Of a DNA stretch of 64,000 nt, positions 51,757 through 64,000 are shown piece by piece (within the stretch, counting starts at the first letter, position 1; the number at the start of each line of letters is the position of its first letter). The position numbers were made by a program, and so were the translations under genes. The stretch lies in assembly GCF_006345805.1 (NCBI RefSeq), contig NC_043005.1, positions 40,796,001-40,860,000 of the forward strand, written 5' to 3'. The stretch comes from Octopus sinensis (taxonomy: Eukaryota). Under the pieces are notes generated by a model. The model saw only the letters and a list, made by a program, of their open reading frames with translations, ran no database searches and was not told where the DNA came from.

Positions 51757-53048
51757 CATCATCATCATCATCATCATCATCATCATTTAACGTCCGCTTT
51801 CCATGCTAGCATGGGTTAGACGGTTCAACTGGGGTCTGGGGAGCCCGAAAGCTGCACCAGTCCAGTCAGATCTGGCAGTGTTTCTACAGCTGGATGCCTT
51901 TCCTAACGCCAACCACTCCGAGAGTGTAGTGGGTGATTTTATGTGCCACCGACACAGGTGCCAGACGAGGCTGACAAACGGCCACGCTCGGATGGTGTTT
52001 TTTATGTGCCACCGACACAGGTGCCAGACGAGGCTGGCAGACGGCCACGCTCGGATGGTGTTTTTTATGTGCCACCGACACAGGTGCCAGACGAGGCTGG
52101 CAGACGGCCACGCTCGGATGGTGTTTTTTATGTGCCACCGACACAGGTGCCAGACGAGGCTGGCAGACGGCCACGCTCGGATGGTGTTTTTTATGTGCCA
52201 CCGACACAGGACCAGATGAGGCTGGCAAACGGCCACGATCGGATGGTGCTTGTTACGTGCACACGACGGAGGCCAGTCGATGCGGTACTGGCTACGGCCA
52301 CGTTCGGATGGTTTTCTTATGTGCCACGTGCCACCGGCACTGGTACCACAAGATACAAATTCCATGATGTTCATCTATTTTGATTTGTTTTGATTTGATT
52401 TTTCACTTGCCTCAACAGGTCTTCACAAGTGTCACAAGAGGAAGGTATGCACAGGTGGACTGATACGTCCCAGGTAGGGGCCATGGGTTATGGCCTGACT
52501 AGTCTTGCCGGGTCTTCGGATGGTTGTTTTATGTCCCACCGACACAGGTGCTAGATGAGGCTGGCGAACGGCCACGATCGGATGGTGTTGTCATGTGCCC
52601 ACCACACTGACTACGGCACTGATGGATTTCTTGTGTGCCACAGGCACTGGTACCACAAGATACAAATTCCATTGATGTTCATCTATTTTGTCTATTTTGA
52701 TTTGATTTGATTGATTTTCACTTGCCTCAACGGTCTTCACAAGTGTCACAAGAAGGAAGGAAGGTATGCACAGGTGGACTGACTAGTCTTGCCGGGTCTT
52801 CGAAGGTGTTTTTAGTGCACCGACACAGGTGCCAGATGAGGCTGGCGAACGGCCATGATCGGATGGTGTTTGTTACGTGCCACAGCACGGAGGCCGGTCG
52901 ATGCGGAACTGGCTACGGCCACGTTCGGATGGTTCTCATGTGTGCCACCGGCACTGGTACCACAAAGTGTGTGCCACCGGCACTGGTACCACAAAGATAC
53001 AGATTCCATTGATGTTCATCTATTTTGATTTGTTTTGATTTGATTTTC
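51757..53048 (-). mobile_element. Composite retroposon copy 3 (SINE tail plus 63-bp VNTR x5 plus shortened higher-order repeats)
   Basis: Same architecture as 2499-4289. VNTR units start at 51941, 52004, 52067, 52130 and 52193. Confidence 0.7.
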
Positions 53049-54154
53049 GTATATAATATACATATGATGTGTGTGTGGGGGGGTTGTTTGTGCCAGTGTT
53101 TGTCTCCCACTACCACCACTTGACAACTAGTTTTGGTGTGTTTATGTTCCTGTAACTTAGCAGTTCAGCAAAAGAGACTGATTGAATAAGTAACAGGCTT
53201 AAAAGAAAAAAGTATTGAGGTTGATTCATTCAGCTAAAAGATTTTTCAAGGCAGTGCCCAATCATGGCTGAAGTCTAATGACTGAAACAAGTAAAAGACA
53301 AAAAATAGAAAAAAAAAATGACTCAGAGAATGATAGCAAGTCCTGGAGAATTCAGGACATCAAAGACAAGATAGAATTAAGATGTAGGAAAACAAATATA
53401 ATTTTGTTGCTTTGGAACTATATTTCAGTTAATTATAAGTATCATGATTGATTGGTTAAGAAGTTTGCTTCTCAACCTCATTGTTTCGGGTTTAGTCTCA
53501 TTGTGTGATACCTTGAGCAACTGTAGTTTACTATAGCTCCAAGCTGACAAATGCCTTGTGAGAGAGGATTCAGAACACAAAAACTGAGAGAAGCCTATCG
53601 TCCTTGTCTTGACATAGTGCGATAGTCGTAAACAAATAACGAAATATTACTTTGCTTGAATAAAAATGAGGGTGACAGAAAGGGCATCTAGCTGTAGAAA
53701 ATCACTATCAATGAAATCCATGTACTTATAGAAAACTAGATGTTAAAACAACAATCATGATGGTGAACTTTGTGTTGAAAATAGTGTTTTGATGTTTTGT
53801 GAAAGCTATTTTTCATCGTTTACATTTTTAATTTTGTTGTGTCTGGGGAGAGTCACTTTTAATGTTTTGGGGGAAATTGGGATGATTTCAAAGATTCTAA
53901 CACCACCTTCTTAATATAATACTGTATGTCTAATTGGCAGGGTCAGCAAAGCACTGGAAAAACACCTTGCGACAATTGTTCAGGCTCTTTGTGTTCTGAG
54001 TTCAAATCCATCTGAGGTCAATAAAATAAAATGCTAGTCAAGTACTGGGGTCAATATAATCAACTGTATTTCTCTTCACAAAGATCTAGCATTGGATTTA
54101 TGTTAAAAACAACTATCATTATCATTATTGTTATTAGTATTAGCACAGTAAAGA

Positions 54155-54372
54155 CGGCGAGCTGGCAGAATTGTTAGCATATCGGGCGAAAAGCTTAGCG
54201 ACCTTTCATCCATCTTTATGTTCTGAGTTCAAATTCTGCTGGGAATGACTTTACCTTTCATCCGTTCAGAGTCAATAAAATAAGTACCAGTTGAGTACTG
54301 AGGTTCATGTAAGCGACTAGTCCTCTCCCCCAAAATTTTGGGACTTGTGCCTATAGTAGAAAAGATTATTAT
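54155..54372 (+). mobile_element. SINE family C (GGCGAGCTGGCAGAA head), near full length
   Basis: GGCGAGCTGGCAGAATTGTTAGC...GAGTTCAAATTC...CCTTTCATCC...AAGTACCAG...ATTATTATT. Confidence 0.7.
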
Positions 54373-55291
54373 TAGCAAGGTAAAGTAGCAGAAATGTAGT
54401 GCTGGACTAAATGTTTTACACTTTACAGATAAATAAAAAAAATTAGGTGCAACAATGATCTTAATGGTAATGAACTAAGGATGATTTACAGATTATATTA
54501 GCTGAAAATTTTTTTAAATTACATACCTACTATATATATATTTATATATATATTGTAATGCTATTTTTTCAACAATGATTTTCTTTACAACTATGATGAA
54601 GTGGGGGAGGTGGAGGAGGAGGTGACAGTGGCAAAGAAGAAATTGCATTGGGAAAAAGGAAAGGTAGGAAGCAACTGCTCAATTAAAACGATTGTGTAGT
54701 GCAATTAAAGAAGTAGGCAATTAAGATGATAAAATCTCTAAGAAAAGGCTAGAGAAATCAGTTATTTAATATAGCAAGAAGCTGTGAAAATACTTTTGAG
54801 AGAGAGAGAGAGACACACACACACACACACACACACAGAATTTAGCAAATCACTGCTCTGCTAGAGATGACTGGAAAGCAAGAAAGGTATGATAGAAAAT
54901 TAAAATGTAATTAACAGTAATTCAAGATTCAATTCCATGAGTCACCAGAATGGGGAGTGGCAAAATTAGAGAAAAGAAAGAAAGGACAAGATTTTAAGTT
55001 AAAACACACTAAAATACAGCAAACAATTTTATCAGGCTTTCTGCTATGGTGATTTCCGCAGGCAAAATTCTAATCATGGACAATCATGATTTTTTCCTAT
55101 TGACGTGAAAAACTTAAAGAAGGGTAATAGTTGATAATATCAGCCCTACTACATAAGTAGTATTTAGTCTGTTGACTGTATAGAGATGAAAAGCATAGAC
55201 AGCTTCAGAAAGATTTCAGCTGGACAAAACTAAATAAGTCATTTAGTCCATTTCTACATTTCTGCTATTCCACAGTTTAAATAAAAGTAAA

Positions 55292-55336
<45 letters not shown>

Positions 55337-55348
55337 TAATAATAATAA

Positions 55349-55500
55349 TCTTGATATGAGATCACTATGTCGTACACATATGGTTGTGATGCATATGCCT
55401 AGTGTACCCTTATCAGATGGGTAGTCATGGTGGGTATACTGGGCTTTGTATATTTTACCCCAGTGTCACTTTGATGGCATGCATTGCTCTCTCACTCAAT
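55349..55500 (+). mobile_element. Interspersed repeat 3' fragment with (AAT/AGT)n tail; the same family occurs at about 61640-62175
   Basis: ATCTTGATATGAGATC...GTACCCTTATCAGATGGGTAGTCATG...CTCTCTCACTCAAT is shared with 62028-62175. Confidence 0.7.
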
Positions 55501-55523
55501 AGTAGTAGCAGTAGTAGTTATAA

Positions 55524-56228
55524 TAATCCTTTCTACTATAGGCACAAGGACTGAAATTGTTGGGAGGGGGCTAGTTGATTACACTAACCCCAGTACTTGA
55601 TGAGTAATTAATTTATCAACCCTGAAAGGATGAGAGATAAAGTCGACCTTGGCAGAATTTTAACTATAATGATAATAATAATAATCCTCTCTACTAAAGG
55701 CACAAGGCCTAAAATTTGTGGGGAAGAGACTAGTTGATTACATCAACCCCCAGCACTTGACTGGTAGTACTTATTTCATTGACCCCATAAGGATGAAAGG
55801 CAAAGTCAACCTTGGTAGAATTTTGAATTCGGAACATAGTGACAGACGAAATACCACTAAGCATTTTGCCTGGCGTGCAAACAATTCTGCCAGCTCACCA
55901 CCTTAAATAACAATAAGAATAATAATAATGATGATGATTTCATTTATTTGCCACAAGAGTGAAGGATGAGGGAAACAATACAGAGGCAGACATAAAGTGT
56001 TGGGGGTTACATAATATTTCGGATTTAAGTACAAGGCCAACAATTTCGAGGAGCTGGGGATAATCAATTAAATTGACCCTAATACTTGACTAGTACCTTA
56101 TTTTATCAACCCCAAAAGGATGAAAGGCAGAGTTGATCTGGATAGGATTTGAACTCAGAATATAAGGAACTAGAACAAATCTGTCAAGGCATTTTGTTCA
56201 ATGCTCCAATAATTCTGCCAATCCACAG
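55524..56228 (-). mobile_element. Head-to-tail cluster of 3 SINE family C copies
   Basis: Reverse-complement copies at about 55524-55660, 55681-55905 and 56010-56228, separated by (AAT)n. Confidence 0.65.
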
Positions 56229-56230
56229 TC

Positions 56231-56461
56231 TTAACCCTTTAGTATTCAGATTATTCCGTCAAATGTGAATGCCTATTTATTCACATTGTTTTCAATTAAT
56301 CATGCCTTGTCTCTTAGCTTTGAGATTTTGATGATGTGATTGTATATTTTTAGAATGACATTGTAGGGTAGGTGTGAGAGGTTGTATCTGGGCTAGTTTG
56401 AACATAAAACTGGTAGAGTATTTTAGGCTGGATATGGCCTGTTCGAATACTAAAGGGATAA
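56231..56461 (+). mobile_element. piggyBac-type (TTAA) MITE, copy 3
   Basis: TTAA-CCCTTTAGTATT...AATACTAAAGGG-ATAA, colinear with 41395-41622. Confidence 0.78.
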
Positions 56462-56685
56462 ATAAAAGTTTCTGATTTAGACACAAGGTGATCAATTTTG
56501 AGGAGAGAGCTCGGTTAATTATGTTCATCAGATTTTATCAATCAAGGACGGATAAAAAGTGAAGTTGATCTCAGCAGGAGATGAATTCAATATAAAGCAC
56601 AAGGACAAATATCACAAGGAATTTTATCCAATGCTATAATGCCTCCATCAATCCACCTCCCACAATAATAATAATTGCTTCTAAT

Positions 56686-56898
56686 TTAACCCTTTAGCAT
56701 ATAAACAGACCGTATCTGGCCAATATATTCCACCTGCTTTATGTTCACACTGGCCAGATCTACTCTGCAATGTCATTCTAAAAATAAACAATCACATCAT
56801 CAAAATCTTGAAGTTACAAGATAATTCATGATTAATTCAAAATAATGTGAATAAATAAGCATTCCATTTACAGAGAAATTTAAATGCTAAAGAGTGAA
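56686..56898 (-). mobile_element. piggyBac-type (TTAA) MITE, copy 4
   Basis: TTAA-CCCTTTAGCAT...AATGCTAAAGAG-TGAA, with the internal sequence in reverse orientation. Confidence 0.72.
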
Positions 56899-57467
56899 GC
56901 ACAAGGTCAGTAATTTTGAGGGGAGACTGTCAGTCAATATCACTGACCTTGGTACTTGGCTGGTATCTTATTTTATCAACCCTGGAGAGATGAAAGGGTT
57001 GTATACGAATGTAAAGAGATAGAACAGGTGAATAACAACAATAACTTTTTTTGATGAAGTCACACAGCCTGGTGTTGGAGAAAAGCAATAAATTCCTTGG
57101 AATAATGGAATAATCTGGCTTTTGCCAAAAGGCATGAGCAATGCAAATTATACGAAATGGCTTTCACCAAAATTTCAAACATACTTGCAGATACTTTCCA
57201 TATTGATTGAAAGTGCCAAATAATAATACAGAACATTGGCAAAAGACTACAGAAACAATGACATTCATGAACTTCCAAAGTGTATTAATAATTTAACTAA
57301 AACAGTTGTTGTTAAGAATTCTAGCCAGATAATTTACTTGAGATTTTGCAACAGAATTTTATTTTTAAGCAGTGAAAAGACGCTTAACTAATTTCTCCAC
57401 TGATTTTATATCATACTTTGAAGACAGAAATTGCTGAATAAGCTTAAAAAAAATAATAAATATGAAC

Positions 57468-57862
57468 AGGCACAGGTGTGGCTGTGTGGTAAGAAGCTTG
57501 CTTCCTAACCACATGGTTTGGGGTTCCGTCCTGGTAAGTGTATTCTACTATAGTGTTGGGCTGATCAAAATCTTTAGAGTAGATTTGGTAGCTGGAAACT
57601 GAAAGAAGCCCATCATATGTGTGTATGTGTGTATATTCGTGCGTGTGTCAGTGTGTCTGTGTTTACCCCTCCTTCCCATAACATCACCACTTGACAACCG
57701 ATGTAAGTGTGTTTACATCCCTGTAGCTTAGTGGTTCACCAAAGGAGAACTGATAGAATAAGTATCAGGCATTAAAAAAATAAGTGCTGGGGGAGTTGAT
57801 ACATTCGACTAAAATGGTGCCCCATTATGGCCACAGTCTAATGAGTAAAACAAGTAAAAAGG
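57468..57862 (+). mobile_element. tRNA-derived SINE family A
   Basis: GGCACAGGTGTGGCTGTGTGGTAAGAAGCTTGC... colinear with 2066-2464. Confidence 0.7.
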
Positions 57863-59994
57863 GAAAAAAATAATAAATTTTACATTATTATTTTGAGGTC
57901 AATCTCTTTGTAATCTATAAATCTAGCTAGGTGCTACAATGGTACTTAGTTGATAATAACACTTGCCTAAAGTGAATTCTCTAGACTAAAGGGTAAAATA
58001 ATATAACTTCACTCTTGACGAGCTGCAACATCATAGCCGTAGATATTTGTGTCTACAAAAATTTCTGCTGGTTTGATATATACTTATGGTGGGAGATTGC
58101 AGATTTATTTAACTGCAGTCTATAGATATTTTGCTGACTGTTAGTGAAAGAATGCTGATGACTTGAAAGAAATTAATTGCCCATTAACTCTCACTATTCC
58201 AAAACAAACATAACGTGATAACTTCTAAATTATCTTTTATCTGTTACTTGTTTCAGTCATTAAACTGTGGTCATACAGGGGCACCACCTTGAGGAGTTTT
58301 AGTCGAATGAGTCGACCCCAGTATATTTTCTTTTTTAAGCCTGATACATATTCTATCGATTTCTTTTGCCAAACTACTAAGTTATGGAAATGTAAACACA
58401 CTAACACTAGTTGTCAAGCAGTGATGGCAGAACAAACACAGATTCAAAGACACACACATGCTTATATGTACAATAGGCTTATTTCTATCAAATCTCCTCA
58501 TAAGGCTTCAGTCAGCCTAAGGCTATAGTTAGAATACTTATATAGACATAAAATATATCTCAAAAATGATATACTAATCAAGAAGATCAAAACAGTGTAG
58601 TTCAGCATTGTTTCACAGACCTTATATGTTCTCTGCAGCAACTTACTTTATCAATTGCTTACATAGGACTGAGATATCAGATTAAGAAAGGAGGAGAAAT
58701 GACATTGTGTGATATGATGTCTTGGCATAATTAAGAAACAAAATGGAGTCATGCACACACCGCTATAATAGTAATAGGATTTGCTATAGATATGAATAGC
58801 CACAAGAGAGAAGATTGGATAGATATGATAAAGTGAGCATATACTGTAATCACAAGCTGGATAAGAGTAAGAGAGTCCAGTGGATATGATATAAAAGAAG
58901 GTATATCAATAATTAAGTATGATTTCACTGCAATGTGCAGTGAAGTGGAACTTTTGAGTAGATAGCTTTTCAAATATCTATTGGACATGATAGAAAGAGC
59001 AGTCATATGAGACTTTATGGTGCAGTAATTGATGCAAGCAGAAGAAATACAGGAATTAACCACTTATTGTACACATGTTGTGTGCATTCATTTATATTTG
59101 CATATGTATGTGTGTGCTTGGAGTCAAGTAGAGCAACAGCAAAGATTTGGTTTATACTGTAACCATATGTATTGAATAAAAAGCTCAATGCTATTATTTG
59201 AATCAATAAAGATTAAATATCAATGAAGATCAAATAGATTGATGAGATAATCAATTTAATACTGTCTAAAAAGAGAAGATAGTTAAGATCACATATCTCT
59301 GCCTAAGAGATTTGGGAAGTGGTCAAGAACATCTAAAGAAAATGTTCATAATTTCTAAATTAATAGGATGAGAGTGCTAGTAGTGAGTAATGGCTAATCT
59401 ACAGAGGCTGAGATGGTCAATATTAAGTGCCAGTAATTCTAAGCTGAAACTGACCATCTCAAGGTGATGGTCAGTATTATAAGCTGGTCATGAAAAACCA
59501 CTAGGTTGTGATATCAGATATTGATCAACATCAATAAGATGGTTAATAGTGAATGCTAGCATGTTAACCCAAGTGAAAGAGTTGCCAAGATGATCAAGGG
59601 GTATTATAAAGTAACATTGGTCAGCCTAAATTCAAATTATCAATATAATGAAATAGCAAATCTTGGAAAAATAATAAATATAATCTCACAGGTAAAAATA
59701 CTTATGTAATACAGGGAAACATGAACTAAATGTTTTTGTTTTTTCAAAATTTTTTTAATTAATGAAACTAGTTTGATTTTATAGCTTTTAAGTCTAGAAA
59801 GTATAGCAGTGTAACCCCAAATTGGGTTAACAAAACTTTTCCTACAAATACTGTTTTGCTTCCTTACACAATACACTATTTTAGATATTGACTATTATTG
59901 TGATACACAATTTAGAAGGGGAAATGTGTCTTGGCCATCAAATCTGGATGTGGAAAAGAGGAATCCAGCTGTATCTGAGAATACATAAATACAT

Positions 59995-60028
<34 letters not shown>

Positions 60029-60489
60029 GGGCATGTGTATGTGTGTGTGTTTTCTCATATTTGCAGCCTAAATTGACCCATGCGGGAGAAAAAAAAGTTT
60101 TAGAAAAAAAGAAAAAATTTAAAGGCCAGGAAAATTTTAAGACAGTTTTAGAAATAAAACTAAACAACACAAGAAAATATTACTTGTATATTCACTACTA
60201 GTGCTTAATTACAAATGATAAAACTGAACATAACACATAGCATTCTGTTTTAAAATAAAAGTTCCAGGGAGTAACAATGAATTCTAAAATCAACACCCTG
60301 TATTTAGAGCAAGTTGTATTTAGTGACTTAACTGTTATGAATATAAAGAACACAAGACAACTCTTCTTTTGCATGATCATCACGGTCACTACAAATCCTA
60401 ATGTTTTCAATTTCTAATGATCTTAATTTTCATTATTTTTTTATTATTATTGATTTGAACTGAAGAAGGGGATTGTCAAATGGATTCTA

Positions 60490-60790
60490 GTTGACAACTG
60501 AAGGAAAACATATGCAAGGAATGAATTCCAGAGAGCCAACAATTCTGGGAAAGAAAGAATGGGTGTAGTAATTAGTACAAGGCCTGGTGAGGAGGTATTG
60601 AAAGGAAAAGAGAGAAAGTGTGTTGGGAGTGCCAGAATGGAAGTGACAAAAGGCTTGCCAGCACAAAGGAGAGGGGACCACTATAGTAGCAGCAAGAAAA
60701 GTAAAGAGAGAATCAGCACATCTATGGACCAGAGGTTGGTATGTGTTAGTGACTGATTGCAAGCTTTTCTTTATATATGGTCTAGGATGT
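60490..60790 (-). mobile_element. Decayed LINE 3' end
   Basis: The minus frame contains YQPLVHRCADSL...TNYYTHSFFPRIV, resembling the QPLxHRR...SFFPRT LINE C-terminal motifs. Confidence 0.5.
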
Positions 60791-60961
60791 CTCTGACTAG
60801 GTGCCATTACAATAGCTCAATAGCTTGGATTGAACCAAATCCTGTGAGTGAATCTGAGTAACCAGACACTGTGCTGAAGCCCATCTGCTGGGTTGTATCA
60901 GCAGTTCCACCTTGTCCCACAGTGTCATACAGATTCTCCTTATGAATTATGTTAAGGGTAC

Positions 60962-61298
60962 GAAGGCGCATGGCTCAGTGGTTAGAGCGTCGAGCTTACG
61001 ATCGTGAGGTTGTGAGCTCGAATCCCGGACCGGGCTGCGAGCTGTGTTCTTGAGCAAGGCACTTTATTTCACGTTGCTCCAGTTCACTCAGCTGTAGAAA
61101 TGAGTTGTGACGTCACTGGTGCCAAGCTGTATCGACCTTTGTCTTTCCCTTGGATAACACTGGTGGCATGGAGAGGGGAGGCTGGTATGCATGGGCGACT
61201 GCTGGTCTTCCATAAACAACCTTGCCTGGACTTGTGTCTAGGAGGGTAACTTTCTAGGTGCAATCCCATGGTCATTCATGACCAAAGGGGGTCTTAAA
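60962..61298 (+). mobile_element. tRNA-derived SINE family B, best-preserved copy with A-tail
   Basis: A box TGGCTCAGTGG (60971-60981), B-box-like GAGCTCGAATCC (61014-61025), a body shared with 15443, 20470 and 21745, and a poly-A end. Confidence 0.82.
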
Positions 61299-62193
61299 AA
61301 AAAAACATGTGTCTGTAGAACACTCTGCCACTTAATATTTTAATTCAATGGGAAGGTTATCCAGTTGATTGAACAAGTGAACATTCACATGTTGAAATAA
61401 AACAAGAAAGTCCATCATTGAGTAGACAAATTGAATTCTGTAGGAGGTTGCAATTACTATAAAAGGTTATATGCTAATATATTCTCAGAGAATGGGAAAT
61501 AAGTAAATGATTTCTGAGCATTGGAACATATCAGATTCATTTCTTTTTCTAATGACAAAGAAAGATCTGTGGTTTGACCATGATGTTCACTTTCCACAGG
61601 GATTACTACAAAACAACAACAATAATAGTAATAATAATAAATGCCCTGATGCACTGGCTCTCATGGGTTTTGATCTTAATTAATTGGAAGTGTTCTCATG
61701 TACATTGTTTTGTCTTGGTATAAAAGATAGGCTACAGTAAATATTTTGCTCAATACCACAGATTTCTTTGTCAGTTGTTTGACCTTAACCAGTTGAACAT
61801 GTCCCTTAATTGCTGATGATATGTGCATCTCTGATCATGAGCAGAAGTAGTGGGGGAGCATCATAGCCATGTGTTGAGCGGAATTCGGTGGAGTTTGAAC
61901 AAGTCATCTCTGGTGTTTTGCTCAACATCCTTAAACAACCCTTATTCAAGGACTATTTGAGCCGGATGGGATACTCGACCTGAAGAAAATTCTAACTGGG
62001 CCCCACCTGCAAGGTCATGTGCTATTTATCTTGATATGAGATCATGTTGTGCACATATGGTTGTGATGGATGTGCCTACTGTACCCTTATCAGATGGGTA
62101 GTCATGATGGGTATACTGGGCTTCATATATTTTACTCCATTGTCACTTTGATGGCATGCACTGCTCTCTCACTCAATAATAATAATAATAATG

Positions 62194-62224
<31 letters not shown>

Positions 62225-64000
62225 GAACTGCCTGTAAATTTACTTTACATTTTTACTTAACTATTGTATAGTACTTCATGTGTATATGTGTGTGTGTACC
62301 ATGCACATATAGAGACAGAATGTATCTGTGTGTGGGTATGCACATGAATGACATGATACCCGTTAACGATTGGAGAATATACTGATTGAAAGTGTAGATA
62401 ACAATAGAAAAGAAGTTAATAGGCTCATAAATGTACTGTATTGACATGAAGCTCCAACATTTCTTCACTAAAGAAGTAAAACTATGAAATTACTTAGCTT
62501 TCTTATGCTGATCAAAAAGTACTCAAACCAATTGTATAGACAACAGACAAGTCTGCTGCAGTTTACATCAACCAGTGATGTAAATGGAGCAGTTTTATCA
62601 AAATCACTTTAGATCATTACTTTAGATAGAAGTTCTTTCAGATAAATGTATTTAATTACTAATGTACTCCTCCAACTCAGTTTGAAAATATTATGACATT
62701 GATAAAATTGATGGTAATCTACCCAGAACTGAATCTGGAATAGTTGTTGGTCTGTTAGAATAGTTTTGGCTGTCAGTGCTCTTTATCGCTTACTTACAGA
62801 ATGTGTTGAACAAATGAAGAAAGCTTTCTATGTTGCTTAATTTTTCTTTATTATTATTTTTCAAATAAATAAATGACAGTCAGCAAAAGTACTGATCAAA
62901 ACAACACAAGAGAACCATAGCTCTTCGAAATTGAGTAACAATAATGGGTACAATTAGCAGGTAGATAGTGTTTAGTGTTTGCATTCAAGTACATGACAGA
63001 CTAAACACAGTTATTCTCACCACAGTTGGCTGCTAGAAGACAGTACCAATGCAAATGCCACTCATACATAGACAAAACATAATTTCAGTGAATTAGAAAT
63101 GAGTGGTTGTCACACAAATAAATCAATACTTGGTAATAAAACAACTCAAGTCCTACTGTTCTGCAGATCAAAGTCACCAAATTAAACTTTTAGCCCTCCA
63201 ATCTTCAAGTATTGAGTCAATGAAGAAACCTCTATGAAGCTGCTCAACCTGCTAGACATATGGATAATTTTCCCTCAAATCACACACTAACATCTTTAAA
63301 AAGGATGTATTGCATAATGTAGTCTTGTGTCAAAATAAATCAACTAAACAGGGAAGAAAAAGCACATGGTAAACATGGCCTTGAAAGTGAATCCTACCAG
63401 AAGAGTCTCTAAGTCCATATGCCTGAAATGACTGTCCTATCCAAGGGTAAGATATGTAATATATCACAGACAGAGGGAAATTTTAAAAAGAGAGGTATTG
63501 GCAAGCCAGATTTCATTATCAGATCTGAATTATATTTCAGTGGTTAGGTGAGTTTATTTGACCTAATCTTCAGGTTAATTTCTTCAATGTTTTCATCCTA
63601 GTCTGCAAAAAATGGAGACAATGAGAACAGCATGAATGAATAACAACTTTCTTTGTGTGAGGTATACTAAACAAGATTACATAATCTAGTAAAGAGGAAT
63701 CTAACATGCAGATCCATTCAACTAATATGATTAATTAATAGGTGTGAAAAACATCAATAAATACAGACTAAGCAAAATTGTAAGAATATCTTACTTTCCC
63801 AAAATAACTTTGAAATATCACTTCAAAACAAAAAAAAAGAAAAATAATTAAAGTTTCTATACCAACAATGTTCCAAGATTCTCATAGTAAAGCAAGTTTT
63901 TCTCCTCTCTCCCTTTCTTCTTGTCTACATCATATACAAATTGTCTGTATTCATGTAAACCCAAGACATGTTTGTCACTTAAAAACTTATTTGTTACAAT

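Noticed and set aside
59449-59475. 10-bp stem-loop resembling a terminator
   Set aside because: It is short enough to occur by chance, and intrinsic terminators are not relevant in this eukaryotic context.
60962-61035. tRNA gene
   Set aside because: A and B boxes are present, but the acceptor and anticodon stems do not pair properly and the sequence continues into a SINE body found four times in the window.

Overview
AT-rich, microsatellite- and repeat-dense eukaryotic genomic DNA, mostly intronic or intergenic. The SINE/LINE families and the (TA)n/(CA)n/(AAT)n load look like an octopus (coleoid cephalopod) genome; this is inferred from repeat content and is not proven. Nearly all ORFs in the supplied track are spurious products of simple repeats or SINEs. 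The one confidently supported host-gene piece is a 170-nt internal exon of syntaxin-6 (minus strand, 8865-9034), followed by a minor-spliceosome (U12) AT-AC-type donor, ATATCCTTTG. An orphan RCC1-repeat-like coding segment lies 3.2 kb upstream on the same strand (12191-12278). Mobile DNA includes: a rearranged Penelope-like retroelement (RT + GIY-YIG) with inward-facing inverted ends (49537-51690); three copies of a composite SINE/VNTR element, two of them inside a ~2.25-kb tandem duplication (2066-6532); TTAA-flanked piggyBac-type MITEs; a hAT MITE with an 8-bp TSD; mariner, RTE and L1-like remnants; and many tRNA-derived SINEs. A ~200-bp-arm inverted repeat carries hammerhead-ribozyme-like cores at its inner ends (13543-14053), and there are two isolated near-perfect hairpins. 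There is no CRISPR array, rRNA or credible tRNA gene. Edges of degenerate repeats are approximate.
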